A model generated the notes under the pieces. That model searched no databases, had not been told where the DNA came from, and was given only the letters and a program-made list of their open reading frames with translations. This document shows positions 12,874-24,648 of a stretch of 64,000 nt of DNA, in pieces. Position numbers and translations under genes: made by a program. Numbering within the stretch: position 1 is the stretch's first letter; the number at the start of each line of letters is the position of its first letter. Where the stretch lies: NCBI RefSeq assembly GCF_009914755.1, contig NC_060931.1; one strand, 5' to 3'. This DNA comes from the human T2T-CHM13v2.0 reference genome, Homo sapiens.

Positions 12874-15800
12874 GACTGTTTTAGTTCACACATTTTAAAA
12901 AAAAGTGAACCTTTTTGGATAAGAATTGTTTTTGTCACTGGTTTACTATTACTGGGAGCTTGGTTATTTACAGTAACCAGTTACAGTCTCATCGGTTAGG
13001 TTACCCCTAGCCGAGTAACAGATAAAGCCCCAACTCTCAGTGGCTCGCTGAAGACACATGATTTCTGAGGTGTCCAACCCATGTCAGCCATGGGTGAGGC
13101 AGGGCGAGGGTACACCATGTGTGACCCTGGCTCCTTTTGTCTTGTGACACAGTCTCCTTTGCCCCCGAGTCCCCAGTGAATCCTGTCACTGCTGGTGGAG
13201 GGGCAGGAGGACATTGTTCCAGGCCATGCTTGGGAGTGGCGCTCATCACTCCAGCCACAGTAACTACAAGGGGCAAGGAAAGGGCAGGGTGTAGGCCTAA
13301 GAGGAAGAGGCCAAGTGGGTGTGCACATGGCATGGGCTCAGAATAACCCAGCATCTAATGTGAGAAGAAATGCCAAAATTTCTATTTATTCTTATCTCAT
13401 CCCTTAGAAAAAATACTCTCCTATGTTTTGTGATGTACACATTATATAGCTACATATGTATGTATCATTTATGAATAAATATGCATATATTGGGATGTGC
13501 TCATTTTTTAAGGATGTATACTATCAAAAAATTTGCAGACTAATTTGGAGAATGCTTTAAACAATGAGTAAGCACTTTTATTCTAAGAGAGCAGAGGGAA
13601 ACTGAATCACAGAACCTCAATTTTCTGTAAGCTGACATCTCTCTCCCCATAGCGTTGACAGGCAAAGCACAGGCACGTGTCAAAGGCCAGAGCAGTCCGA
13701 TTCCGCCGCCCTAAACTTTGGATCTAGAAGGAGAGTCCCGGAGATACATGGATCATTCAGTGATGGGAAGAGCCCAGGAAAGGTTGTGCCTAAGGCTGTG
13801 CCCAACACTTCTTCCGGGGCTTTCTCATCACATCTGTGAGCCATGCCATCCACCCCGTAAACCTTCCGTGCCTATGTTGGCAGAGTCCATCTCTATTCTT
13901 TGCAACCAAGTGCAGTACTTTACTGACACAGGAACTAGTGTTAGTTGCAGGCAACAGATACTTAGGAAAATCGGTGGGATGAAAGGCAGGAATGGTCATC
14001 TAACTTCACTGAGGATGAGGGTCGCGAAAATCCCATGAGTTCTGAGGAATGGTCCAGGGCAGCCTGTGACAGTTAACAGAAAATCAGGCAATTTTCTTAC
14101 TGAAAAGTGGCCATGGAATGGCGCGCCCATCGAAAGCTTGCGAGACCAAGTTGCAACCACAGAACGCTAAAAAGGACCTGAATGAAGTAGCTACTTCTCT
14201 GGACAATTTGAAGATAACGCCACATTGTCAGGTCAAGTCAGGAAAACAGTGCAAGCTTTTATACAATTACTCCACAGCCTCATCAGGTCTCTTCTATAAA
14301 AACTGGGACACTGACCAAGAAAGAGTGGGGCCTTTGGAAACATGAGTTCATGGGAGGACTCAGCGGACAGGGAGAGCCCTGTCTGCTGCCCTCATTGTGT
14401 CTTCCTGGTCAGCTACAGCAGTCCCTACGGGATGTGGCCATTCCTCCCTTATTTTAACAGGTTGGAACCCACTTGTCTGACAGTCACCTTGCAAGATGAA
14501 GCCACTTCTTGTGCCTTCTCACACATCCCTTTTTGCCTTTAAATCCACTTAATTAGGAGCCTACCATTCCATGGGCGGGGGGAATCATTAAATCACTATC
14601 AAGTCCAGAAAGAGAATTCTTAGCGAATTGTGGGACTGGAGGCATTTGATAAGAATAAAGGTTATAATCTAGAATGAGGATACCTGTCATGAATCTTTAT
14701 CAACCAGATAATAGAACTGTAAGGTACATGAATGAACAAGAAACTGAAAACCTAAAACAAAGAAAAAATGAGACTGCGGTTGTACTGGCCTGTATTTACA
14801 TCCAGTTCATCTGCCCACTGTAAGCGTGACCCCAGGCAAATGTCTGCAGCTTTCTGAGCAGCGTTCCTTGTCGGTAAAATGCAGATGTGTATTTTCGGCT
14901 TCGCAAGGTGGTCCTGGGGGTGACTGTGGGACGACAAAGAACTCGACCCTCCACACCACGCCCCAGGCCCCTCTCACCACCCTTGCTTCCAAGTCTTTGA
15001 TGAGATTCCACAGTAAAGACTAAAAAGAAAAGAAAAAGTGAATCACTCTTCAGACTGAAGGATAGCCAGGCCAGAGAGGTGGCGAGGAGGAAGTGAGCAG
15101 GAGGAGGACGATGCTCCACTTGTCACTTAGTTCTCTGACTCTACTGTGGAGTCCATATAGAACAACTGTGGATGACTTCAAGATGCTGTTAAAGAGAAGT
15201 TGCAGAATCAATATAAATAGCTACAGCAGTATCAAATATGCTTGGTTCTGAAGTGTCAGTGTTTGTAAGCGGCATCGTTCATTCAGTAACAGCTTTTCAA
15301 AGGAAAGGAAAGGAGAAGACATTACAACAGCCACAAAACAGTTTTAGTAACTGTTAAAACTTCAGTTCTCAGACCCATAGCCCACACGTGACTCTCCACC
15401 TCCTCACACTCAGACACAACAGATTCTTCTACATCACTCTAGTCCTCCACAACCACTCACATCAGGGCCGCCCTGCTGTTCATAATCCAGGCTCATAAAC
15501 TTGACTTCTGTACCACCTTTAGAAGTAACAGCAGAACACCAAATCCATATCCAAGAATAATGAGGTTTTGTGTGAAGTTCCTATTTGATTATAGTTAACC
15601 TTGAAAAAATTTTTTCCTAATTAAAGAACACAGAATTGGAAGTTAAATAACTTCTCTTGAAAAGGTAAGTTTATTGCCTAATATTCCTTCAAGACATATG
15701 GATCAATCACCAAGTTTTGAAATTTTGTATATATTTGTGAGTTTTAGGAACTTCTCCTGATATTACATTTTCTACAGTGCAACAAGTAATTTGCGTACAC

Positions 15801-16080
15801 AGTACTTTTGCTTCAGTTGTGTTTGCAGCAATAATTTTTACCTAAACAATATTCAAAAACCAAAAAAAAAAAAACTCCAAAAAGGTCTTTGTATTATTTC
15901 TTCTTTTAAACCACATTCCAAAGGGATGCTTTTCAAACTGAAGTCTGCCATCTATTAGGAGGCCACAAAGTAACTTAGTGTCTGTGTCTAGTATTTTTAA
16001 AAATAATAAAACAGAAGATGCCAGCATGCACACTTAGGAAAAACAAGTACTGTCTTGTTAAATTTTTGCTTATACGTATC

Positions 16081-16081
<1 letters not shown>

Positions 16082-16122
<41 letters not shown>

Positions 16123-16145
16123 TGTGTGTGTGTGCGTGTGTGTGT
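16082..16145. repeat. Compound (GA)n(GT)n microsatellite
   Basis: Read directly from the sequence. Confidence 0.97.
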
Positions 16146-16589
16146 AATGGGTTATTTCTTACTGTGGTCAAAAAGTTGAAAGCCACTGTAAGTAGGCTTC
16201 TGTCTGCCAGTAAATTAACCAGATGCTAACAGCATTTATTCTTCCAGGAACTCTGGGTTAAGCTGTCCAGACCACAAGTAGGTGCTGTTCAGTCCTTTTA
16301 TGGAAAAAATTAGAGAAATCAAGTCTAAATAATTCAAGTAATTAAATAAAATACATGCTATCAATTATTGATGCTACATTGTGGGTTATAAGAAATTGAT
16401 CTACCAATAACTGCACAACAGAGAAAGAAAATATCCATTTCTTAATTCAACATTCATCAGAATAATTACTGCCCTCTATAAAACTGAAATGGAATTAAAC
16501 TATAAATACCCTTAAGTTTTAGCCATGATGATATTTAAGATGGAAAAAACAAAAGAACAAATAAACCCCACATATAAATGCTTATAAAC

Positions 16590-19500
16590 CAAATATGAAA
16601 TCACTTTTTGTACAACTTTTAATTTCTAAGACATTTAAAAAGTCACACTAAAAGTATCTCATAGAAACAAAGACTAACAATTTGTAAACAAAACAATCTG
16701 TAAACAAAAATCAATTACTAGTGTGTCCAAATGTTATTTTTAAAAGTTAACATTATACCAGTTTTTTCAAGTTTAAAAAGTCGGTGCTGCATCTATGTTC
16801 ACATTAAAAAAAAAAACTTGTAAGAATTCTGCCTTTATGCATTAAATAACGTGCTACCAACAAAACTAGCACATAAGAGCCTGTAAATGATGAAAACCTG
16901 TGTCCCTGGCAGACGAGGTCATCACTGAGGCTGCAGGGAGGGCCATGGGCACCCAGCAGATGGGGAGGCCGCACTGCCGCTGAGAGCAGGTACACGTGCG
17001 CCTTTAACACATCTGAGAGCAAAACGCGAGAGGCTCCGTCCATCTCTACTAACCAGCACCTTAGTGCAGCAATTTAAGGAGCTAACATTAGTGTGTATGT
17101 GTGTACAAATTTCATGTAAAGCCTCATATTTAGAGGTCTATTTTTACAGAGAATGTACATAAAGCTACGTAAATAGTAAATCTAAGAAGTATCTTGGAAA
17201 ATCAGTAAAAATTAATACAAATGTTATAATCTGAAAACTTATAATTGTAAAATAATTTATTTAAGTATTGCAGAACCAATTAATAAGAATCTGCAAGTTT
17301 TCCCCAAGAAACTCTGGAACCATAGTGCCTAATGCCCTTTAAAATCGATACTAAAGGAGAGAGAATAAAAGGACTGCTTGATGTGACAGTCACTGGTGCA
17401 TCCCTATCCAGTCAGAAACAAAACTGTAGCTCCAGAATTGACCTGATGATGAGCATCTGCAGCTCTGCCTTCCAGGGTCTATCTCCTCTCTTTCACTGGC
17501 GTGCAGGAACTGCAGTAAAATGAGGACCCCCAGAGCGACTGTCCTTACCAGGACTCAGAACGTTTGGCCTCCGTATTCTGGCATCCATTTCTGGAGTTCG
17601 TCATATAAAGCAGCCTCCGACCTAGCTCCAATGGAAGCACCTGCATTTGGAGTCAGTCTCTCCAGAGGCAGATGCTTGGGCATGTGCTCAGGAAGAGCCT
17701 CGAGGAACCGTGATTACGCAGCAGCCCAAGGCTGTAACAATCTATTTGTTCTCAAGGCATATGAGTCCCAGGTTCGAAGCCGTCCTTCCACCCCATGCAT
17801 ATCCTTTGCTTCAACAGCAGTGAGGATGCCTCCAGGAAGTGTATTGTACTCAGGGCTTACAAATCCAAAACTGGCTTAAGTCCTCGGATGGAGAGAAACT
17901 TCCAAATGAACAAAAAGTTGAGCTAAACACTGAAAAGTTTAGTATTTTACTTAAAAATTTTCAGACATTTTCCAAGTATCTAGGAACTCTTTGGATGTGC
18001 CTGAAAGTGGTGTAAGTGAGAAGTGATATTACTCTACTCCTGAGTTTCTTTCTGTTCTTCCCTTCACTTGGTCTGCTCAAAGTATGGACTCCAAGCTTCA
18101 CTAAAAATCAAACCTGGCAATTAATACTTCAATAGGCATAACAATGAAATTGGAAAAGAGCTGAATTTTATTAACTTTTTAGGTATGTCGATTTTATGCT
18201 GAGAAATTCACCAGTACTATACTGGTGGTATTTACTGAAGCTTGTTTAGAATCACAAAATGAATGTTCTTTTATTTTAAAACCAAGCTGCATTTTAGAAA
18301 GATGTGAAGCTCGGAAGGAAATGCAGACGTATAAATAAGGGGGAAGTGTACTCCACAAAGGTTGTAAATATACAGATTAAAGTTTCTTATTATTTTGGTT
18401 TAAAGTGGAAATTTCTGATGTCAAATAGACACAGCCTGCGTTTCATAAATTTCTCCCAGAAAACCTTTAAATGTAACAATTTGAAAAAAATGTTTTACTT
18501 TTGTCTGAACACAGACCATCTATTTTCATACACACAGTGCATGTGAACATATTTATATAGCAGACTGCATAACTACGAATTGTGTGCAAATGGGCCCATC
18601 TCCTATTTTTGCATGCACAGATTTCGGTATTCTATCCTAGTGGATGGTTGACACAGAGTGCAATTTCATAGTTTTTATTCAGTGGACTTAAAGCCAAGAA
18701 ACCATCCCAATAATTATTTACAATTTAATAACTGAATGATTATCAGATCGTGTTATACTGCAAAACTGTTCTTACACCATGAATGCTGATGCTGTGAACT
18801 TTGGATGTTAAACTGGTAAAAGCTGGAGGCTTCAAATGGCATATGCAAATGTAACCAAAGCCTGAGGACTATGAAGAAAGAGGAGTTTCTACCACTCGGC
18901 ATTTATAGTTTTTATATGCATTGCAGAAGCATGGGGAATTAAGTGATCTCTGAAAAAAATGCTTTAAAAAACTGAGTATACATATAGCCTATAAGGTAAA
19001 AATCCAAGTTACAAGTGTATTAAACACTGGCAACTATGTTATCAGAGGGAATACTGAATTATATATATACATAAACTGTCATTAAACTGTGATTACATGA
19101 TACTTCCTACCACAGCTTATTAGACTGTACAACAGAAGATATTCCTGTGGCTCTCTAAGGCTCCAGGTTTAAAAGAATTTAGTATTTTCCCCTTGGCTCA
19201 AAGTCTAATCAGTATCATTCTATAACATAAATCAGAAACTACGCTTTTTGCTTTTAAGGAAATAAGAAACATAATTGCAACCATTACAGCTCCAACATAC
19301 ACTGCAAAAATGATATCTACAAGCAGTTGCCATTGCATTTGAAAAATGCATTTTCTGAATAAGCTTCACTTAGTACCAAGGATGCCTTTCAAGTCAGCTT
19401 CTACATTCTGAATAAAGTACATAATGGGATTTAAGTAAATCTTTAGAAGTCCCGGAGTTTGCCTTTTCTAACATTTTCATATCAGGTGAAAACAATTTTT

Positions 19501-19797
19501 TCATATGGGTGATTGTATTTACCAACATGAGCAAATGTCTACAGAAGAATGCGCTGTTCTATATGTCTGTAAGGAATCTGCACTTAACTGGAAACTACAG
19601 GGTCCATCAGAAAGTTAAATTTAAAAAAGATCAGCCATAGCCAAGTTCTTCGTAGATTATGAAAAAAAAATGGCACTGATAGGTCTAGGTTCTGAAGAGG
19701 GGCCACGGTTGAATGGAAATGCTTCTACATGGGACAGGAATGTCGTGAATCTGGAGTTCTCGGGTCTCTTGGTGGCAGAAGACGCCGTCTGTGCGTC
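16590..19797 (-). other. LMBR1: LMBR1 3' UTR (about 3.2 kb) with several alternative poly(A) signals
   Basis: Follows the stop codon; repeat-poor and AT-rich; minus-strand AATAAA at 18679-18674, 18275-18270 and 18172-18167, ATTAAA at 16623-16618; distal end approximate. Confidence 0.7.
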
Positions 19798-19883
19798 TCA
19801 CAGTGCTTTCTGATGCCCATTTACAGAAGGCTTGGCTGTTTCTGAATCCCTTGAAGTATTTGGTAAGTGAAGTTTATGAAGCC
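19798..19883 (-). CDS. LMBR1: LMBR1 last coding exon (exon 17): (G)LHKLHLPNTSRDSETAKPSVNGHQKAL*
   Basis: ttttttgcag| acceptor, phase 1, TGA at 19800-19798; recognised C-terminus. Confidence 0.96.
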
Positions 19884-20039
19884 CTGCAAAAAAATTAAGA
19901 AAATGGTGAGAAATGATATATTGCTGAGTGGCTGGGAAAGGGTTAGGGTAGGGAGAAGAGGAGATTTACAAAGCTAAGTGTTATTTGGAAAGCTGTGAGG
20001 TGCTGGCCAGATCCCCTTGAGGAATGAATGATTTCTTCT

Positions 20040-20357
20040 CCCTACTGGCAACCTCCCTTTGGGGATGGCCTAAGCTGAAGACTGCTGCAGGGCGGAAGTC
20101 CTGCCCCTTCCAGGACAGCACGTGAGGGTCCTAAGAGCCTGTCCCTTCTTCTCAGTTCAGTGGAGCTCTGAAGGGCCATCGAAGTCACAACATCCCCGAG
20201 GGCCAGCGGAGGCTTCCAGTGTGACTGCATCACGGCACAGTTCCTCCCTCTGCACAGCCCCTTCCTCTTCCGTTGTCCCAACCCGGCTAATAAACCTCTT
20301 CCTGGCAAGCAGATTCCCATCTGAAGTGTGCTTCTCAGGGAACCTAACCCGAGACAG
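20040..20357 (+). mobile_element. Old ERVL-class LTR fragment
   Basis: AATAAAC then TGCTTCTCAGGGAACCTAACCCGAGACA, a typical LTR33/LTR41-like 3' terminus. Confidence 0.45.
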
Positions 20358-20379
20358 ATACGTTCCCACTTGCATTTTA

Positions 20380-20700
<321 letters not shown>

Positions 20701-21064
20701 AAATTGCCCCTTACACACATGCAGGAAAATGTAGGGAAAGCCACAGCCAAATATTAATATGTAATTAAAAAGAAAAGAATGGAAAACATTACTAAAAAAT
20801 AAAGAAATGACAAAAGAATAAACTGAACATAAATAATATCTCACTACCCAAAGGTATTTCACAGAATAAAAAACTATCACTATCTTTTAAAGTTACATTT
20901 ATTTCTCTCTGTATCATAAAACAATTATTTACATAATATACCTGATACACAGACCAACATTGCCCTCTCACAGGGAGAAAGGGCAGAAGAAAATGTAAGA
21001 GCTTCTGTGGCACTGGAGCGTCAAGCACTTTAATAAAAATGAAACACAATGACATACAGCAACA

Positions 21065-21459
21065 CAGTCAGGTGTTGCCGAACAACAGGAATGCATTCTG
21101 AGAAATGCGCTGTCGAGCAATTCTGTCGCTGTGATGCCATCATAGAGTGTATCTATACACCCAGAGGGCACAGCCATGCCATCCCTAGGCTGCAGGGTGT
21201 GGCCGGCTGCTCCTCAGTTACCAAGCAGACAGCATGTCACTGTCCTGAGTGCTGCAGCCACTGCGGCACCATGGCACATATCTGTGCATCTAGAAACATA
21301 TGAACATAGAAAAGCTGATGCGTGGCGCCAGGACATTACAACAGCCGCCACGCCACTGCTGGCAGAAACGGTTCAGCTCCATGATCATCTGCTGTGGCCA
21401 CTGTCACATAGGCAAGTGGTCTGTTATTGACCAAATGATCATCATGTGGCCTATGGCCA
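21065..21459. mobile_element. Tigger3-family (MER7) non-autonomous DNA transposon
   Basis: CAGTCAGGTG...CATTCTGAGAAATGCG...CATCATAGAGTGTA...TTCAGCTCCATGATCATCT, with both termini recognisable. Confidence 0.75.
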
Positions 21460-23457
21460 CACAGCAGCACTTCCACAGGGCAGATGTTGAGAAAATACTT
21501 TTCACGAAGCTCAGACCTTTCTGGCATCTCAACAACTTACTTGGAAAAGATTTTTCTCCCTAAAATTTCACATGGTAACTGACCTATTAGGCAGTTTTAC
21601 ATCACTCATAAACTAATATAGCACTCCAAATTTTAATCTTCCTGTCACCTGCATATCTTAATGAAAGAAAAGGTAAAACTGAGCCTATGTTTGAATGGGA
21701 AGGGAAAAAAGAAATCAATCCAACACAAAAAATGGTCAGGTCCCAGGAATGACAATAGGAACCCACAGCTGCTGGAGTTGAGGAAGTGTGCTAAAATCAA
21801 GCTTGTTAGAAAAGGGACTGAGTGAAGACAGAGGATCACTGCGGTACCCACTGACTGAGCTGAAATGAAGGCACCCTTTTAGGATCGATTATCTGAGTTC
21901 ACGCCTAAAACTTGGCTGTCATGTAGGTTATGCATTCTGAAACGTTCTGATGTGTCTCTTCTGCAGACAACTCCAGAAACAATCCCGTCCATTACCACCA
22001 TCACCACAGCTAAATTTCTAGTGTTTACTATGTGCTAGATATTCTCTGAGATGGATACTATTATTATCAATGGGCAGAGTAGCAGAGGGGAAAAAATCTC
22101 TACAAAAAAAAAGAAAGAAAGGGGATAGCTACTTTACAATCAGATTACAAGTCTCAGCTAAATCCCTGTTAAGATCTCAGATCGTTCAAACATTACATAT
22201 ACTTAATAAGACTCTTTTTCTATGTATAAATTGCCCCGTAGCACACCCCAAAGAATACTGAAAAACACTGGGGAAGAAAAGTAAATGTATCTATTAGGTA
22301 GTTTTATACAACTCTTGCTAATTCTACTCTCTCTTATGGTCAAGGAACTGACATGCATATAAGGCCTTTTATATCAGGTTATGTTTTATTACTTTAATAA
22401 AGGCTTTCTTAGCAAAATGATGTCCAGAATACCTAATTCAAAAGCTAAAGTTACGGCAGTTCATTTGCAACCATCTCATTTAGCGAATGGAAAGTGGAAA
22501 TTTATCTGAAACCATGGCTAACTAATCTTGCTGATATTATAACAGGCTTAAAAATTAAGTTTTAATGCTAGACATCTGATAAAAAGGACTGTTTGATTCC
22601 TACTTCAAGTTGGGCCAGCTTTATTAAACCTAAGCATTAAAAGGTATAAGTTATCTGGTGTGTCAGCTGAAATGAGCTGTGACTTTTTCCTGTCAGGCAT
22701 TGCAATATTTGATGAGCCATCCCCTCCCAGGGCATATTCAAAGTAAAATACATATGGACAGCTCATCTGAAATCTTTTGTGCCTCCCAAAGGTCACCCTC
22801 TCAAACATCAAGGTTGGAAAGGCCTGGTGATCTGAGAAGCTTTATTGCTGCTCATATCGTTTAAGTTATCTGAAAACTGGACCTTAATGAATCCATCAGT
22901 ATGTGGCCTTTTACAATAGCTAAAAGCCCCAGTATGGAGTCATATGCATTCAAATCATGTCAACTCAGGTAAATGAGCTAATGTCAGGATTTTTAAAAAT
23001 TTTCTACAAGAAGTCACTGCCTTTCCCTTCTTCTGTCATAAAATTACAACCCCCTCCCACCCCAAACCAAGATAATTTACTTTGTCCTGGTATTTTTAAA
23101 GTATAAAACTTGAAATATGTTTAGCACTAATGTGGAAATAAGCATAAAAATACATTCATAGGTTACGTTTGTACCCTTTAGCTAAACCTACCCGTTTTTA
23201 ACACCATTACAATACATGTGACTCTTGGAACACATAACAGTAAATCCCCTCTCTTCTATTACATCAATGCCAAGAATGCTAACGTTTTCATCTTGAATTT
23301 ATTCTCTGGCTTAATGAAGAGACTTATGGGTTAGCCTAATACTTGCAAAATCCAAGCCTCAAAAAAGCTTTAACTAAAAGGTATTATTACCAAGAGATAA
23401 GCTTTTCACACCGTATCATCCTCACCACCACCATGACCACCATCGTCATAATAAAGG

Positions 23458-23615
23458 GGCTAATATTTACTGAGTTCTTAGGATGTGCCAGGCGCTATGC
23501 TAAGGATCTTACAGAATTATTTCCGTTGATCTTCACAAAAACCCTAACAGGAAGATGATACTATCACTGTATTACAGATAAGGAAGCTAAGGCTTAATGA
23601 AGGAATTTTGCACAA
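23458..23615 (-). mobile_element. MIR
   Basis: TATTTACTGAG...ATGTGCCAGGCGCTATGCTAAG...TTACAGATAAGGAAGCTAAGGCT. Confidence 0.75.
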
Positions 23616-23749
23616 AGTAGGGGATCAATAATTTGACCTCTAAGGTTTTACAAATTTGAGAAACTAAATAGCTGAAGATGTAATATTAACTCAAATGTCA
23701 AAATTATTTAGTAGAAAGAGGAAAAAATACCCATAAACCTCAGGATTAC

Positions 23750-23911
23750 CTAGGGCCTTGAAAAGTTCTTCTCGAACTGCAGAGGTGAATTTTCGGACCA
23801 GACACAATGTTGTCACAATAGCAAAAAGCAAATTGTAGGATAATACAATATAGAAATTTCCCAGCCAATTAAACCTTCCAAAGTCGCCAAGTAGATCAAA
23901 TCTAGTGATTC
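23750..23911 (-). CDS. LMBR1: LMBR1 exon 16 (162 nt, phase 1/1): ITRFDLLGDFGRFNWLGNFYIVLSYNLLFAIVTTLCLVRKFTSAVREELFKAL
   Basis: ttttaacag| acceptor, G|gtaatc donor; hydrophobic transmembrane segment. Confidence 0.96.
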
Positions 23912-24384
23912 CTGTTAAAAATAAATAAAATAGCCCTTAATGAAATCAGGTTAAGACATATTTAGTGTGCTACAAGTAAAGTACAAGTTAGATCGAATTC
24001 TATGGACTTTCTCACTTCTGTGACGTGAGATGCTCTAATGAATAAATCCTAATTTAAAATATGTAACTATTATCTAGTGGGACAGCCTCAAGCCAGACCT
24101 AACCTACTTCACATACACGCCACAGTCACTAGCAAGTGATGAGTAATGAGGTCAGAATGAACGCCCCTCGACATTCGACGGAACTCATGCTGATGTTAAA
24201 AATCAAGCTCTCGTGCTGCTTACATGGGGAGGATGGCTGACTGCATGCTCTACCGAGACAGGACGGCTGTAACTGATCACAGGAAGCAAGAGTCACGATG
24301 AAAAAGATGCCTGAGAACATCCTTACACCTCCTCTGCTGCTGCTCTCTGGAGGAACTGCCCGTCCCCTCTCTTTAGTCGGGTCT

Positions 24385-24648
24385 CTGGGCAAATGCCATC
24401 TCCTCGGACAGGAAACCTCTGACTCCCCTACCTAAAACAGCAGGACCTTCCATGGCCTTCTATACTAATTACGAGTCTTCACAGCATACATAGACTATTT
24501 TTTTTTCTTTTTGGCTTATTATTGCCTGTTTTCCCCACTAGAATGTAGGTTCTATAAGAACAGGAACTTTGTTTCACCCCTATAATCCCAGTGCCCAGAA
24601 TAATGTCTTATACACACTTAATATGTATAATATAAATGAATAAATAAG
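24385..24648 (+). mobile_element. L2 3' end
   Basis: CCCCACTAGAATGTAGGTTCTATAAGAACAGGAAC...CCCAGTGCCCAGAA...AATGAATAAATAA. Confidence 0.7.

Noticed and set aside
13740-14650. Possible ancient ERVL/L2 remnants between the two genes
   Set aside because: Similarity too weak to call by eye
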